A stretch of DNA of 64,000 nucleotides from Hyphomicrobiales bacterium (GTDB lineage: Bacteria; Pseudomonadota; Alphaproteobacteria; Rhizobiales; CAJQND01): NCBI GenBank assembly GCA_028285595.1, contig JANQOW010000016.1, forward strand, positions 4,956-68,955. Direction: 5' to 3'. Made by a program: the position numbers and the translations under genes. Below, in pieces: positions 26,146 through 35,593 of this stretch (its first letter is position 1; each line of letters starts with the position of its first letter). The notes below the pieces were generated by a model. It was not told the origin of the DNA, made no database searches, and worked only from the letters and a program-made list of their open reading frames with translations.

Positions 26146-27506
26146 GACGTGTCATCCTCCTTCCCAAAACGCTCAGCGGCGTCCTCGCGTTCAGCTTGAT
26201 CGTGCTGGCCCAGCTCTCGCTGGCCTCCAAAGCTGATGCAATCGAAATCCAGGAAGTTAAAAGCCCCGGCGGCATCTCCGCCTGGCTCGTTGAAGACGAT
26301 TCCATCCCGCTGATTTCAATGCGCTTTGCGTTCCAAGGCGGCTGGGCCAATGAGCCGGAAGACAAACAAGGGGCAACCCACTTCCTGGCCGGTATGCTGG
26401 ACGAAGGCGCGGGCGACATGACGTCCAAGCAGTTTCAGACGCGCCAGGCCGAGCTTGCCATGAAGCTGTCCTTTCGCGCCCGGGCTGATCACTTCTACGG
26501 CTCATTCCAGGCTCTGACCCGTCATCTGGACGACTCGGTCGGCCTGTTCGCGGAAGCTTTGAACAAGCCGCGCTTTGATCAGGTGCCGTTCGAGCGCATT
26601 CGCAATCAGATCATCCTCAACATCAAGTCCAACGACCAGGATCCTGAGCGCATTGCCAGCAAGAACTGGCTGAAGCTCATGTTTGCCAACCACCCCTATG
26701 GCCGCACCCGGCGGGGCACGCAGGAAAGCTTGATGGCACTGGCCCCTCAGGACCTGCGCGACGTAAGCAAGAGCCTCTTTGCCAAGAAGGGCCTGAAGGT
26801 TGCGGTTGTGGGCGACATCAACGCTGAACAGTTGGGCAAGCTTTTGGACCGGGTGTTCGGTCAACTGCCGGAAGATGGCGGGGTTGTTCAACTGAAGGAA
26901 GCTGAGGTGATGGCCAAGCCGGCCGTCCAGATCATCGACCGCAACATTCCGCAATCGGTGATCCAGTTCGGTCATTCCGGCATCAAGCGTGACGATCCGG
27001 ATTTTATCCCGGCCTATGTGCTGAACTTCATCCTTGGCGGCGGCGGTTTCGGCTCGCGGCTCACCGAGGAAATCCGCGAAAAGCGCGGGCTCACCTACTC
27101 GGTCTACAGCTACCTGTCGCCTTACGATCATGGCGCCTTGTTCGTGGGTGCGGCATCGACCCAGAATGCGCGGGCCGGCGAGACGGTCAATCTCATCCGC
27201 AGCGAATTGGAGCGCATGGCCAATGAAGGGCCCACGGCCAAGGAGCTGAAAGATGCGAAGACCTACATGACCGGCTCTTATGCTCTCCGGTTCGACACCT
27301 CGCGCAAGATCGCCGGTCAACTCTTGGCGATCCAGGTTGATGAGCTGGGTATGGATTACGTGAAAAACCGCAACGACCTGATCAATGCCGTGACCTTGGA
27401 CGACCTGAAACGGCTGGCCAAACGCGTGTTGAAACCAGGCGAGTTGGTTATGATCATCGTTGGAAAGCCGGAAGGCGTGGAGGCCAAAGCGGCGACAGGG
27501 GGATAA
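26142..27506 (+). CDS. M16-family peptidase, non-catalytic-type partner subunit
   Basis: ATGA overlap with the previous gene. Signal peptide present. M16 fold recognised but HxxEH is degenerate (GATHFLAGMLDEG). Confidence 0.82.
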   Translation: MRRVILLPKTLSGVLAFSLIVLAQLSLASKADAIEIQEVKSPGGISAWLVEDDSIPLISMRFAFQGGWANEPEDKQGATHFLAGMLDEGAGDMTSKQFQTRQAELAMKLSFRARADHFYGSFQALTRHLDDSVGLFAEALNKPRFDQVPFERIRNQIILNIKSNDQDPERIASKNWLKLMFANHPYGRTRRGTQESLMALAPQDLRDVSKSLFAKKGLKVAVVGDINAEQLGKLLDRVFGQLPEDGGVVQLKEAEVMAKPAVQIIDRNIPQSVIQFGHSGIKRDDPDFIPAYVLNFILGGGGFGSRLTEEIREKRGLTYSVYSYLSPYDHGALFVGAASTQNARAGETVNLIRSELERMANEGPTAKELKDAKTYMTGSYALRFDTSRKIAGQLLAIQVDELGMDYVKNRNDLINAVTLDDLKRLAKRVLKPGELVMIIVGKPEGVEAKAATGG

Positions 27507-27515
27507 GCGGGACCC

Positions 27516-28841
27516 ATGCCATACACACAGGATGTCAGCCGGTCGCTTCAAGGAGCGATCGGCTCAACTGGCTTGTCTGAAGCCGATTTCCAAAGCTATC
27601 TCGACGCGTCCGCAGCAGCGCTTGAGACATTGCGCACGCAGCATGCTGACGCGTCGCTGCCGCTTCTGCGCCTGCCGGAGAAGCGCGATGACATCGCCGC
27701 CTGCCGCCAGGCTCTGGCGGGGTTTCAACGGGGCGCCGAAGATGTCCTGATTTTCGGCACAGGCGGATCTTCCTTAGGGGGCCAGGCCCTGACCCAGTTG
27801 GCCGGCTACCGCATTCCAGGACCCGGGCCCGATCAGGGCCGCGCCGCCAAGCCGCGGCTACATTTCTTCGACAATCTGGACGGCCATACGCTGAGCCTCG
27901 TCTTGCGCGATCTCGACATGAAGACCGCGCGCTTCCTGATGATCTCCAAATCCGGAGGAACGCCTGAGACCATCACCCAGTGCCTGGCCACGGTTGAAGC
28001 CCTTAAAGCGGCGGGGCTTGAGTGGAACATGGCCCAGCATGTGCTCGCGCTCACCGAACCTGGAGACGGCGAGAAGAACACCTTGCGCCGTCTGGCTCAG
28101 TTTCACGACATTCCGGTTCTGGATCATGATCCGGGCATTGGCGGGCGATACTCGGTGCTCTCCAATGTGGGGCTCTTGCCTGCGCTGCTGTTGGATTTGG
28201 ACGTGGAGGCCTTGCGCGACGGGGCCGCACAGGCCCTGGCGCCGGTGCTCTCAGGCGCGGCACCTGAGGACTGTCCGCCCGCTGTCGGAGCCGCGCTCAA
28301 TGTGGCACTTGCGGAAAAGTGCGGCCACACCGCCGCGGTGATGATGCCCTATTCCGACAGGCTTCGCCTGTTTTCAAACTGGTTTGCACAGCTTTGGGCG
28401 GAAAGCCTCGGCAAGGACGGCAAGGGCACAAGCCCCATCGCCGCGGCCGGGCCGGTGGATCAGCATTCCCAGTTTCAGCTTTTCAATGGCGGGCCCAAGG
28501 ACAAGCTGGTCACCATCATCATGACCAACAGTGCCGGTGCGGGCCCGCGCATTCCCGAAAGCTATGCCACCGACCCGCTGGTGGGCTACCTGGCCGGCCG
28601 CACCATCGGCGATCTCACCGATGCCCAGCAACGGGCAACCGCCGAAACCCTGGCCCGCAACGGACGTCCCGTCCGCACGATCTCGGTGGAAGAGGTCAAC
28701 GAACGCACACTGGGCGCCTTGCTGATGCATTTCATGTTGGAAACCATCATCGCCGGCCACCTGATGGGTGTGAACCCGTTCGACCAGCCTTCTGTGGAAG
28801 AAAGCAAGGTTTTGACCCGGGATTACCTGAAGACCATGTAG
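27516..28841 (+). CDS. pgi: Glucose-6-phosphate isomerase (short bacterial PGI type)
   Basis: 441 aa. SIS/PGI motifs FGTGGSSLGGQAL and GIGGRYSVLSNVGLLPALL. Confidence 0.8.
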   Translation: MPYTQDVSRSLQGAIGSTGLSEADFQSYLDASAAALETLRTQHADASLPLLRLPEKRDDIAACRQALAGFQRGAEDVLIFGTGGSSLGGQALTQLAGYRIPGPGPDQGRAAKPRLHFFDNLDGHTLSLVLRDLDMKTARFLMISKSGGTPETITQCLATVEALKAAGLEWNMAQHVLALTEPGDGEKNTLRRLAQFHDIPVLDHDPGIGGRYSVLSNVGLLPALLLDLDVEALRDGAAQALAPVLSGAAPEDCPPAVGAALNVALAEKCGHTAAVMMPYSDRLRLFSNWFAQLWAESLGKDGKGTSPIAAAGPVDQHSQFQLFNGGPKDKLVTIIMTNSAGAGPRIPESYATDPLVGYLAGRTIGDLTDAQQRATAETLARNGRPVRTISVEEVNERTLGALLMHFMLETIIAGHLMGVNPFDQPSVEESKVLTRDYLKTM

Positions 28842-28904
28842 AAGCGGTTGGGGAAACTCTTCGACTCATGGCATCATGAGCGCCAATTGACAGGGCGCGA
28901 AAGC

Positions 28905-30728
28905 ATGAAGATCAGGCGATTATCTGACGGATTGATCAATCGCATCGCCGCCGGCGAGGTCATTGAGCGTCCGTCCAGTGCGCTGAAAGAGCTGGTGGAG
29001 AACGCGGTCGATGCCGGCGCCGGCGCCGTGGATGTGACCATGCAGGGCGGCGGGCGCAGCCTCATTCGCGTGGTGGACGATGGCTGCGGCATGTCGCCGG
29101 ACGAGCTTGCCCTGGCGGTGGAGCGGCATGCCACCTCCAAATTGGACAGCGACGATCTGCTCAACATCAAAACCATGGGCTTCCGGGGCGAAGCACTGCC
29201 GTCCATCGGCGCGGTCAGTCGTCTCACCATCCTCTCCCGGCTCCATGACGGCTCGGATGGGGCGCAGATTGAGGTGGATGCAGGCACCAGGAGCGAGGTG
29301 CGCCCGGCCGCGCTCAGCCCAGGCGCACAGGTTGAGGTGCGCGATATCTTCTATGCGGTGCCCGCCCGGCTGAAGTTCCTCAAATCCGAGCGCTCAGAAA
29401 ACAACGAAGCCATCGATGTTATGCGCCGCATTGCCATGGCCAATCCTGGGCTGGCCTTCTCCCTCACGCTGGAAGGGCGTCAGGTGCTCAATTTCTCCTC
29501 CGCGGGCCTTGATCTGGATGGCCAGTTGAAGCGGGTCGGGGAGGTGATGGGCCAGGAGTTTGCCCGCAACTCTCTGCCCCTCGACACCCAGCGCGAGGGT
29601 ATCCATCTGAGCGGGTTCGCAGGCCTGCCCACCCTGAACCGCTCTCAGGGCAATATGCAGTTTCTCTTCGTGAACGGGCGTCCGGTGAAGGACAAGCTGC
29701 TGGCGGGCGCCGTGCGCGGCGCCTACATGGATTTCCTGGCCAGGGGGCGCCATCCGATGCTGGCGCTGTTTATTACGCTCGACCCTCACCAGGTGGACGT
29801 GAACGTGCATCCGGCGAAAGCCGAGGTGCGGTTCCGCGAGCCGGGCACCGTGCGCGGCTTGATCGTGAGTGCGCTGAAGACGGCTTTGGCGGCTGCCGGG
29901 CACCGGGCGTCCACCAGCGTAGGCAGCGCAACACTCGGCGCGTTTCGGCCCGACGGTGCGTCCGGCGGAGCGCGCCAAGGCACATATGCCTACAGCGCCC
30001 CGCGCTATCCCAGCCCGGGCTTGGCGGAGGCGGCCCAGGCCTATCAGGCGCCGTTGCCGCAGGACGCGCAGGCCGGTCTTGAGGGCATGGATCTGCCGTC
30101 TGCCGATCACCGCGCCACCGAGGCCGCGCCGGAACCGGAGCTCACCGGCCGGCCGCTCGGTGCCGCCCGCGCACAGGTGCATGAAAACTATATCATCGCT
30201 CAAACCGAGGACGGCATGGTGATTGTAGATCAGCATGCCGCCCATGAGCGCTTGGTCTATGAGCGCTTCAAGGCCGATCTCGCCAAATCCGGTGTGGCCC
30301 GCCAACCGCTCTTGGTGCCTGAAGTGGTTGAGCTTGATCCGGTCGCCGCCGATGGGCTGGCGGCGGAAGCTGAGCGGCTAAGCGAGCTTGGTCTCACTCT
30401 TGAAGCCTTTGGCCCGGGTTCCGTTGTGGTGCGCGAGGTCCCGGCGATTTTGGGGGACACGGACATTCAGGGCCTGGTGAAGGATCTGGCCGCCGATGTG
30501 GGCGAGTTGGGCGAGGGGCTGGGTCTGGCAGAGCGCATTGATCATGTGCTGGCGACCATGGCGTGTCATGGCTCCGTGCGCTCAGGCCGCCGGCTGAGAG
30601 GCGAGGAGATGAACGCGCTTTTGCGCGAGATGGAGGCCACGCCCCATTCCGGCCAGTGCAACCATGGCCGGCCCACATATGTGGAATTGAAACTATCGGA
30701 CATTGAGCGCCTGTTCGGGCGCCGTTAG
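28905..30728 (+). CDS. mutL: DNA mismatch repair protein MutL
   Basis: N-terminal GHKL ATPase ([37 protein letters not shown]) and C-terminal endonuclease region ([12 protein letters not shown]). Start placed at MKIRRL. Confidence 0.95.
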   Translation: MKIRRLSDGLINRIAAGEVIERPSSALKELVENAVDAGAGAVDVTMQGGGRSLIRVVDDGCGMSPDELALAVERHATSKLDSDDLLNIKTMGFRGEALPSIGAVSRLTILSRLHDGSDGAQIEVDAGTRSEVRPAALSPGAQVEVRDIFYAVPARLKFLKSERSENNEAIDVMRRIAMANPGLAFSLTLEGRQVLNFSSAGLDLDGQLKRVGEVMGQEFARNSLPLDTQREGIHLSGFAGLPTLNRSQGNMQFLFVNGRPVKDKLLAGAVRGAYMDFLARGRHPMLALFITLDPHQVDVNVHPAKAEVRFREPGTVRGLIVSALKTALAAAGHRASTSVGSATLGAFRPDGASGGARQGTYAYSAPRYPSPGLAEAAQAYQAPLPQDAQAGLEGMDLPSADHRATEAAPEPELTGRPLGAARAQVHENYIIAQTEDGMVIVDQHAAHERLVYERFKADLAKSGVARQPLLVPEVVELDPVAADGLAAEAERLSELGLTLEAFGPGSVVVREVPAILGDTDIQGLVKDLAADVGELGEGLGLAERIDHVLATMACHGSVRSGRRLRGEEMNALLREMEATPHSGQCNHGRPTYVELKLSDIERLFGRR

Positions 30729-30758
30729 AGCGTGTTTGAGAAACGGGGAACGAACCTC

Positions 30759-31898
30759 ATGACATCACTGCTTCAGCTCTTTGTGGGCATCTTGGTCCTG
30801 CTCACCTTCTCACAAAGCCCGGCCGTTGCCGAAGAGGAAATCGGCCCTGAGAAGTGGCGCATCTCCTGCTTTGCCTACCGCGACGATAACCGCAACGGCA
30901 TCTACGACATGGCCGATCGCCCCTATGGCGGTCTGGTCATAGAGTTTGAGCGGCCGGATGGGCTAACGGTGCAGGGCAGATCCAACATCTCGGGCTTTGC
31001 AAACTTCGACATGGCCTTTGGCAACGAAGAGAAGGGTCAGATCACTGAGGAAGGCGTACACATCGCCCACGCCCTGCCGCCGAACGGCTACAAAATGACG
31101 TCCGACGCCGGACGTCAGGAAATCACCTTCAAGGCCCAGAAGAATGCCGGCGGGCGCATGGTGGCCGTCAACAACTGCGTGCCCATGGGGGTTGCGCCGG
31201 TCTTGTTCATCGGAGGCTCGGTCCAACGCTCAGGAAAGACCACGGCGACCATTAAGCGCGAAGGCGGCGCTGAAGAAGAGTTGGCGCTGGATGAACAGGG
31301 GACGTTCTACAAGGTGGTGGAGCCGGGCCAGTGGACCTTGCGCTTTGCCGATGCAGCGTCCGGCAAAACTCTGACGCGCCAGGTGGAGGTCAAGAGCCAC
31401 CCTGTGACCCTGTCAACTCTCACCGATCTTGAAGAGGTTGCACCTGCGCCCCAACCGGTGACCACAGTTTCCTTTGATGATCTGACGGTCTCCGACACCC
31501 TCTACGAAATACCCTCAGGCTATGGCGGTTTGTACTGGTGGAACTGGATTGCCACACACCACAAGTTCTATCGAGGAAACGGCTATGTGAACGCCACGGT
31601 GTCCTCAGAGTACATCGCGTACAACAGCTCCGGCCACCCCGGCACCATGTGGAGCGAGGAGGGCACCACGTTTGACTTTGTGGGCACCTACATTTCCGTG
31701 GCCTGGCCGCGGGCAGAGAAAGACTTCATCTATCTGAAGGCCTGGAAGGGCGACAAGCTTGCGCACAGCGACAAGCTTCGCCTGGAAACATCAGGGTCCA
31801 TCTACTTCCAGGCGAATTATCGCGGCATCTCCAAATTGGAGCTTACCTCAGGCAATTACGAGCGGATCGTGCTCGACGATTTCAGCATCCGCAGATGA
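30759..31898 (+). CDS. Secreted protein of unknown function
   Basis: Signal peptide MTSLLQLFVGILVLLTFSQSPAVA. One DxNxNGxxD-like Ca-binding motif (YRDDNRNGIYD). The C-terminal 150 aa are aromatic-rich with no family recognised. Confidence 0.7.
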   Translation: MTSLLQLFVGILVLLTFSQSPAVAEEEIGPEKWRISCFAYRDDNRNGIYDMADRPYGGLVIEFERPDGLTVQGRSNISGFANFDMAFGNEEKGQITEEGVHIAHALPPNGYKMTSDAGRQEITFKAQKNAGGRMVAVNNCVPMGVAPVLFIGGSVQRSGKTTATIKREGGAEEELALDEQGTFYKVVEPGQWTLRFADAASGKTLTRQVEVKSHPVTLSTLTDLEEVAPAPQPVTTVSFDDLTVSDTLYEIPSGYGGLYWWNWIATHHKFYRGNGYVNATVSSEYIAYNSSGHPGTMWSEEGTTFDFVGTYISVAWPRAEKDFIYLKAWKGDKLAHSDKLRLETSGSIYFQANYRGISKLELTSGNYERIVLDDFSIRR

Positions 31899-31918
31899 CC
31901 GCGCGCAAGGCGGGGTGT

Positions 31919-32386
31919 CTACTCGTCGCCGCCGCCGCCGTTCTCGCCGCCGAAGTTGCCGCCCATGTTGCCACCGTTGTTGCCGCCTTCATTGCCCATA
32001 TTGCCGCCCATGTTTGCGGCACCGGCATCGCCGTCGTTGCCGCCATTATTGGCGCCGAGGCCTCGGCCGGGCGCTTCGGTGTTGCCGTTCACAAACACTG
32101 AACTGATACCTTGGCTGCCGATATCCTCATTGTCGCGGGCTTCGGCCATCTTCAAAGGGAAGCTCTGCCGGACGGCCTTCGAGCCGGCGGCCGGGCAGGT
32201 GGACTCAAGCCGAAGTTTGCAACAGTAACCATAGGTATCCACGGTCACTTTCGAGCACATCTCGGCTACTTTTTCTGGTTTGGAAACCGGAACCGCCTCA
32301 ACGGGGTTCCATTCAACGTTTGCCCCTAAAATCACAAACGCCGCTGTAAGAGCGGCGGCATCGCGAAGATCGATTTTAAAACGCAT
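31919..32386 (-). CDS. Small secreted protein with four Cys and a Gly/Asn/Met-rich C-terminal tail
   Basis: 155 aa. N-terminal hydrophobic segment AAALTAAFVILGA. The tail GANNGGNDGDAGAANMGGNMGNEGGNNGGNMGGNFGGENGGGGDE is encoded by imperfect GGCGGCAACATG-type repeats. AT-rich promoter region upstream. Confidence 0.6.
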   Translation of the reverse strand: MRFKIDLRDAAALTAAFVILGANVEWNPVEAVPVSKPEKVAEMCSKVTVDTYGYCCKLRLESTCPAAGSKAVRQSFPLKMAEARDNEDIGSQGISSVFVNGNTEAPGRGLGANNGGNDGDAGAANMGGNMGNEGGNNGGNMGGNFGGENGGGGDE

Positions 32387-32667
32387 GCTTTTACTCCGTA
32401 CTAGGGTTACATGCCGCCCTTCGAATAACTAAAGCTTTCAACAATTTAAATGTCAAGCTTTCACCATTTATTAAGCATTTCGTTTTCCAGATTTTGGTTA
32501 ACTTCCTTAAGTGCTCGTCTTCGATTTACTTAGGCCTCTTGAAGGGTCTGACTTCGCATATCCAATGATGGACACCTGACTTCGCCAGCTTTAGCGGCAG
32601 ATTTAAGCCGGTGGTGGGGCGCCGCATGTGATGGTTCTGGCGATCAGATGTTCAGCGGAGGCCCTTT

Positions 32668-33033
32668 ATGATCACGCTCGTGGTTGAAGACCGGTGCGGC
32701 GCTCAGCCGGCGCTCGGTGTCCATTGTCTCAATTGGCGCGAAGGGGTGCCATGCAGCGCCCGGGAACTCATTCTTGAGCGCGTCAGCCTGGAGTTCAGAA
32801 CCTTGAAACATGCGCGCGGGGCGCGGGCCCTGAGCCATCATCTGGTGCAGTACCCGCGCACGGCCGATTGCGGTCTGAGAGAGGCTGTATCACTGGCGCT
32901 CAGAGGCTTTGAAACGGAGGCCTTCTTCTTGGTTGTGGACGGGTGTCACATTCGCGATGTGGATCAGAAGTTCCCGCTCACAGCGCTCAGCAAGGTCACC
33001 TATCAGCGCCTCCTGCCCAAGATGGCAGCTTAG
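32668..33033 (+). CDS. Hypothetical protein
   Basis: 121-aa ORF with GGAGG (32657-32661) 6 nt upstream of the ATG. No family recognised. Confidence 0.45.
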   Translation: MITLVVEDRCGAQPALGVHCLNWREGVPCSARELILERVSLEFRTLKHARGARALSHHLVQYPRTADCGLREAVSLALRGFETEAFFLVVDGCHIRDVDQKFPLTALSKVTYQRLLPKMAA

Positions 33034-33848
33034 CGTCGGCGGCCCGCCTGATAGGTCAGGCTGGCCCACAGCGTTTCCCAGACCGGATCTGAACGGGGGT
33101 CGTTTGCCTCAAGCGGGCGGATGAGCACGGCGTCCAACAGATATTCGTATCCGGTTTGGACCGGTATCCTGACACGGCCCTCGTGATCGGTCTTCAGGAG
33201 GCTGACCGTCACCTTGCCCAAAGGGCTCTTCTCAAAAACCTCAACTTGTGCCCCGGCGCGCGGCGCGTCGTCAGAGAACAACCGCACCGGCAGGCCGTTG
33301 CTGAGGTCGTCTGTGTAAGGGTTGGCTTCGGCAATGAATTCGGTTTCCAGACCCACGCGGCTGTCGCGGCCCTTGCCGTGGCCCACGGCGATCAGGCTCT
33401 TGGCGAAGCGCCGGTAGCGCTCCAAGAAATCTGTCTCCGGCAGCCCGCGGCTCTTGTGCCGTGCGAGCGCGTCGGCAAACCCCTTGTGCCGGGAAAATTT
33501 GGCAAACCTCTGCCAGTCGGTGTAGCGCAATTGGCTGTCGGTGGTTTGGTGCACGATCACCGCAAGTCCGCTCTGAGGCGCCTGCATGTTTAAGGCGGGG
33601 TCATCGCCCAGCCGGCCTGTAACCTTGGTGACCTGGCCGTTCATGACCATGTCGAACCGGGAGAAGTTTCCCGGCAGAAATCCGCTGGTGGGGCCGTTGA
33701 AACCTTCACCTACTCTCAGGCTTGCAATTATGTCAGCACCTGGGTCAAGTATGTAACGGTGGGGCGATATCCAAAACTCATGTGCCGCAACCGGGCCCGG
33801 TAGTGTGGCCAGTAGAACAAGAATGAACACAGACTGCAAAGCACGCAT
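33030..33848 (-). CDS. Periplasmic DUF4198-family protein (Ni/Co uptake-associated)
   Basis: Start placed at MRALQSVFILVLLATLPGPVAA followed by HEFWISP, typical of mature DUF4198 N-termini. The track ORF extends to 34112. Confidence 0.8.
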   Translation of the reverse strand: MRALQSVFILVLLATLPGPVAAHEFWISPHRYILDPGADIIASLRVGEGFNGPTSGFLPGNFSRFDMVMNGQVTKVTGRLGDDPALNMQAPQSGLAVIVHQTTDSQLRYTDWQRFAKFSRHKGFADALARHKSRGLPETDFLERYRRFAKSLIAVGHGKGRDSRVGLETEFIAEANPYTDDLSNGLPVRLFSDDAPRAGAQVEVFEKSPLGKVTVSLLKTDHEGRVRIPVQTGYEYLLDAVLIRPLEANDPRSDPVWETLWASLTYQAGRRR

Positions 33849-33909
33849 GTTTGAGCTCGCCGGGCTTTTCGGAGCTGGCAAACTGGCATATGCCCGGGCC
33901 AAGTCAACC

Positions 33910-35028
33910 GTGTTGCTGCTTGCCATGATCCTTATGGGGCTCTGTATGCTTGCAAGCCCCTCCGGCGCACACGAGGTAAGACCGGCGGTTGCGGATGTCA
34001 CGGTCGGGGGCGAGGCCGTCCACATAGATCTTCGCCTGGCGCTTGAGGCTCTGGTGGGCCGGGTGGATATGCGGGGGCTCACCGATACGGACAACTCGCC
34101 GCGCGCAGCCACCTATGACGCCTTGCGCAAGCTCGCCCCGCCCGCCCTTGAGACCGCGCTGAGGGCGGCGTGGCCGGAACTCAGCAAGAGCTTCCATATT
34201 TCCGCTGACGGCCAGCTTTTGGTGCCGGTTTTGATCGAAGCCACAATCCCCGATGTGGGCAATGAGGCTCTGCCGCGTGACAGCCGGATCAAGCTGCGCG
34301 CCTCCTTGGCCGATCATGCCGGCAAACCCGTCGTGTTTGGGTGGAATGCTGAGAACGGTCCGCTGATTGTGCGCCAGGCCGGCGTCAAGGACGGCGCCTA
34401 TACCGGCTATCTGAAGGACGGCCAGCTCAGCGCCCCCATGCGCCGGGAAGGCACTCCGGCGCAAGGGGCTGGGCAAACCTTCCTCACTTACATCGTTATC
34501 GGCTTTGAACACATCATTCCCAAGGGCTTGGATCACATCCTGTTCGTGCTCGGACTGTTCTTCTTTGCCCTGCGTCTGCGTCCGCTGCTGATCCAGATTA
34601 CGGCATTCACGTTTGCCCACACCATCACACTGGCGATGGCGACGTTGGGTGTGGTCACCGTGCCACCCAGCGTTGTGGAACCGTTGATTGCCGCGTCCAT
34701 TGTCTATGTGGGCGTGGAGAACACCATTGCCCGGAAAATCGGGATTTGGCGCACAGCGCTTGTCTTCGGGTTTGGCCTCCTCCACGGCCTTGGCTTTGCC
34801 TCGGTGCTCGGGGAGGTGGGGTTGCAAACCACCCAGTTCATCACGGGGCTCATCGCTTTCAACGTGGGCGTGGAGTTGGGGCAGATTGCGGTGATTGTTG
34901 TGGCATTCTTCCTGATTGGCCTGCCGTTCGGCAAGAAGCCTTGGTACCGCAAGCGCATTGCAATTCCCTGCTCGGTACTCATCGCTCTGGTTGGGGCCTA
35001 CTGGTTCTTCGAGCGGGTTTCGGCTTAG
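33910..35028 (+). CDS. HupE/UreJ-family membrane protein (Ni/Co transporter-like)
   Basis: Signal-like LLLAMILMGLCMLASPSGA-HEV. C-terminal TM bundle with GFEHIIPKGLDHILFVLGL and HGLGFA. The start is uncertain (GTG 33910, ATG 33924 or ATG 33847). Confidence 0.78.
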   Translation: MLLLAMILMGLCMLASPSGAHEVRPAVADVTVGGEAVHIDLRLALEALVGRVDMRGLTDTDNSPRAATYDALRKLAPPALETALRAAWPELSKSFHISADGQLLVPVLIEATIPDVGNEALPRDSRIKLRASLADHAGKPVVFGWNAENGPLIVRQAGVKDGAYTGYLKDGQLSAPMRREGTPAQGAGQTFLTYIVIGFEHIIPKGLDHILFVLGLFFFALRLRPLLIQITAFTFAHTITLAMATLGVVTVPPSVVEPLIAASIVYVGVENTIARKIGIWRTALVFGFGLLHGLGFASVLGEVGLQTTQFITGLIAFNVGVELGQIAVIVVAFFLIGLPFGKKPWYRKRIAIPCSVLIALVGAYWFFERVSA

Positions 35029-35035
35029 AACTGCT

Positions 35036-35593
35036 CTAGGCGCGTCTTAAGAACACCACTTGCGTATCGCCATAGGCGCGCCTGTCGATCTCCAGAAAAT
35101 CGGCTGGCACCTCAATGTCCGCCTTGGCCGCCTCTTCCAGCACGCAGAGCGCAGACGGGCTGAGCCAGCCCTGTGTGGCGGCCGATCTTAAAGCCTTCTC
35201 CCCCAGGCCCTTCCCGTAAGGAGGATCGGCGAACACCAGATCAAACGGCGCCATGTTCTGCACCTCGCCCAGACGCGTGGCATCGCGGCGCCAGATTTTG
35301 CTGACCCCCATGGCGCCCATGGCTTCCACGTTCTGGCGGATCAGGGCTCTGGCGCTTGCGGCTTCTTCGATGAAGAGGCAATAGCGTGCCCCGCGTGACA
35401 AGGCTTCCAGACCGAGCGCCCCGGTGCCGGCGAACAGGTCCAGCACCCGTGCGCCCTCAAGGTCAAACCCGTCTATCCCGTGCGCCAGGATGTTGAAGAG
35501 CGCTTCGCGGGTGCGGTCTGAGGTGGGGCGGGTGGCGTGCGACTTTGGCCCGGCCAGGGCCAGCCCTTTATGATTTCCGCCGACGATGCGCAT
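35036..35593 (-). CDS. rsmD: 16S rRNA (guanine966-N2)-methyltransferase
   Basis: MRIVGGNHKG..., LDLFAGTGALGLEALSRGA and VFADPPYG motifs. The start overlaps the upstream gene by 26 nt. Confidence 0.9.
   Translation of the reverse strand: MRIVGGNHKGLALAGPKSHATRPTSDRTREALFNILAHGIDGFDLEGARVLDLFAGTGALGLEALSRGARYCLFIEEAASARALIRQNVEAMGAMGVSKIWRRDATRLGEVQNMAPFDLVFADPPYGKGLGEKALRSAATQGWLSPSALCVLEEAAKADIEVPADFLEIDRRAYGDTQVVFLRRA

Noticed and set aside
31895-32228. Plus-strand ORFs (68-115 aa) rich in Ala/Arg/Pro opposite the Gly/Asn-rich gene
   Set aside because: They are frame artefacts of the GGC/AAC/ATG repeats. The minus-strand frame has the export-like N-terminus and an upstream promoter region.
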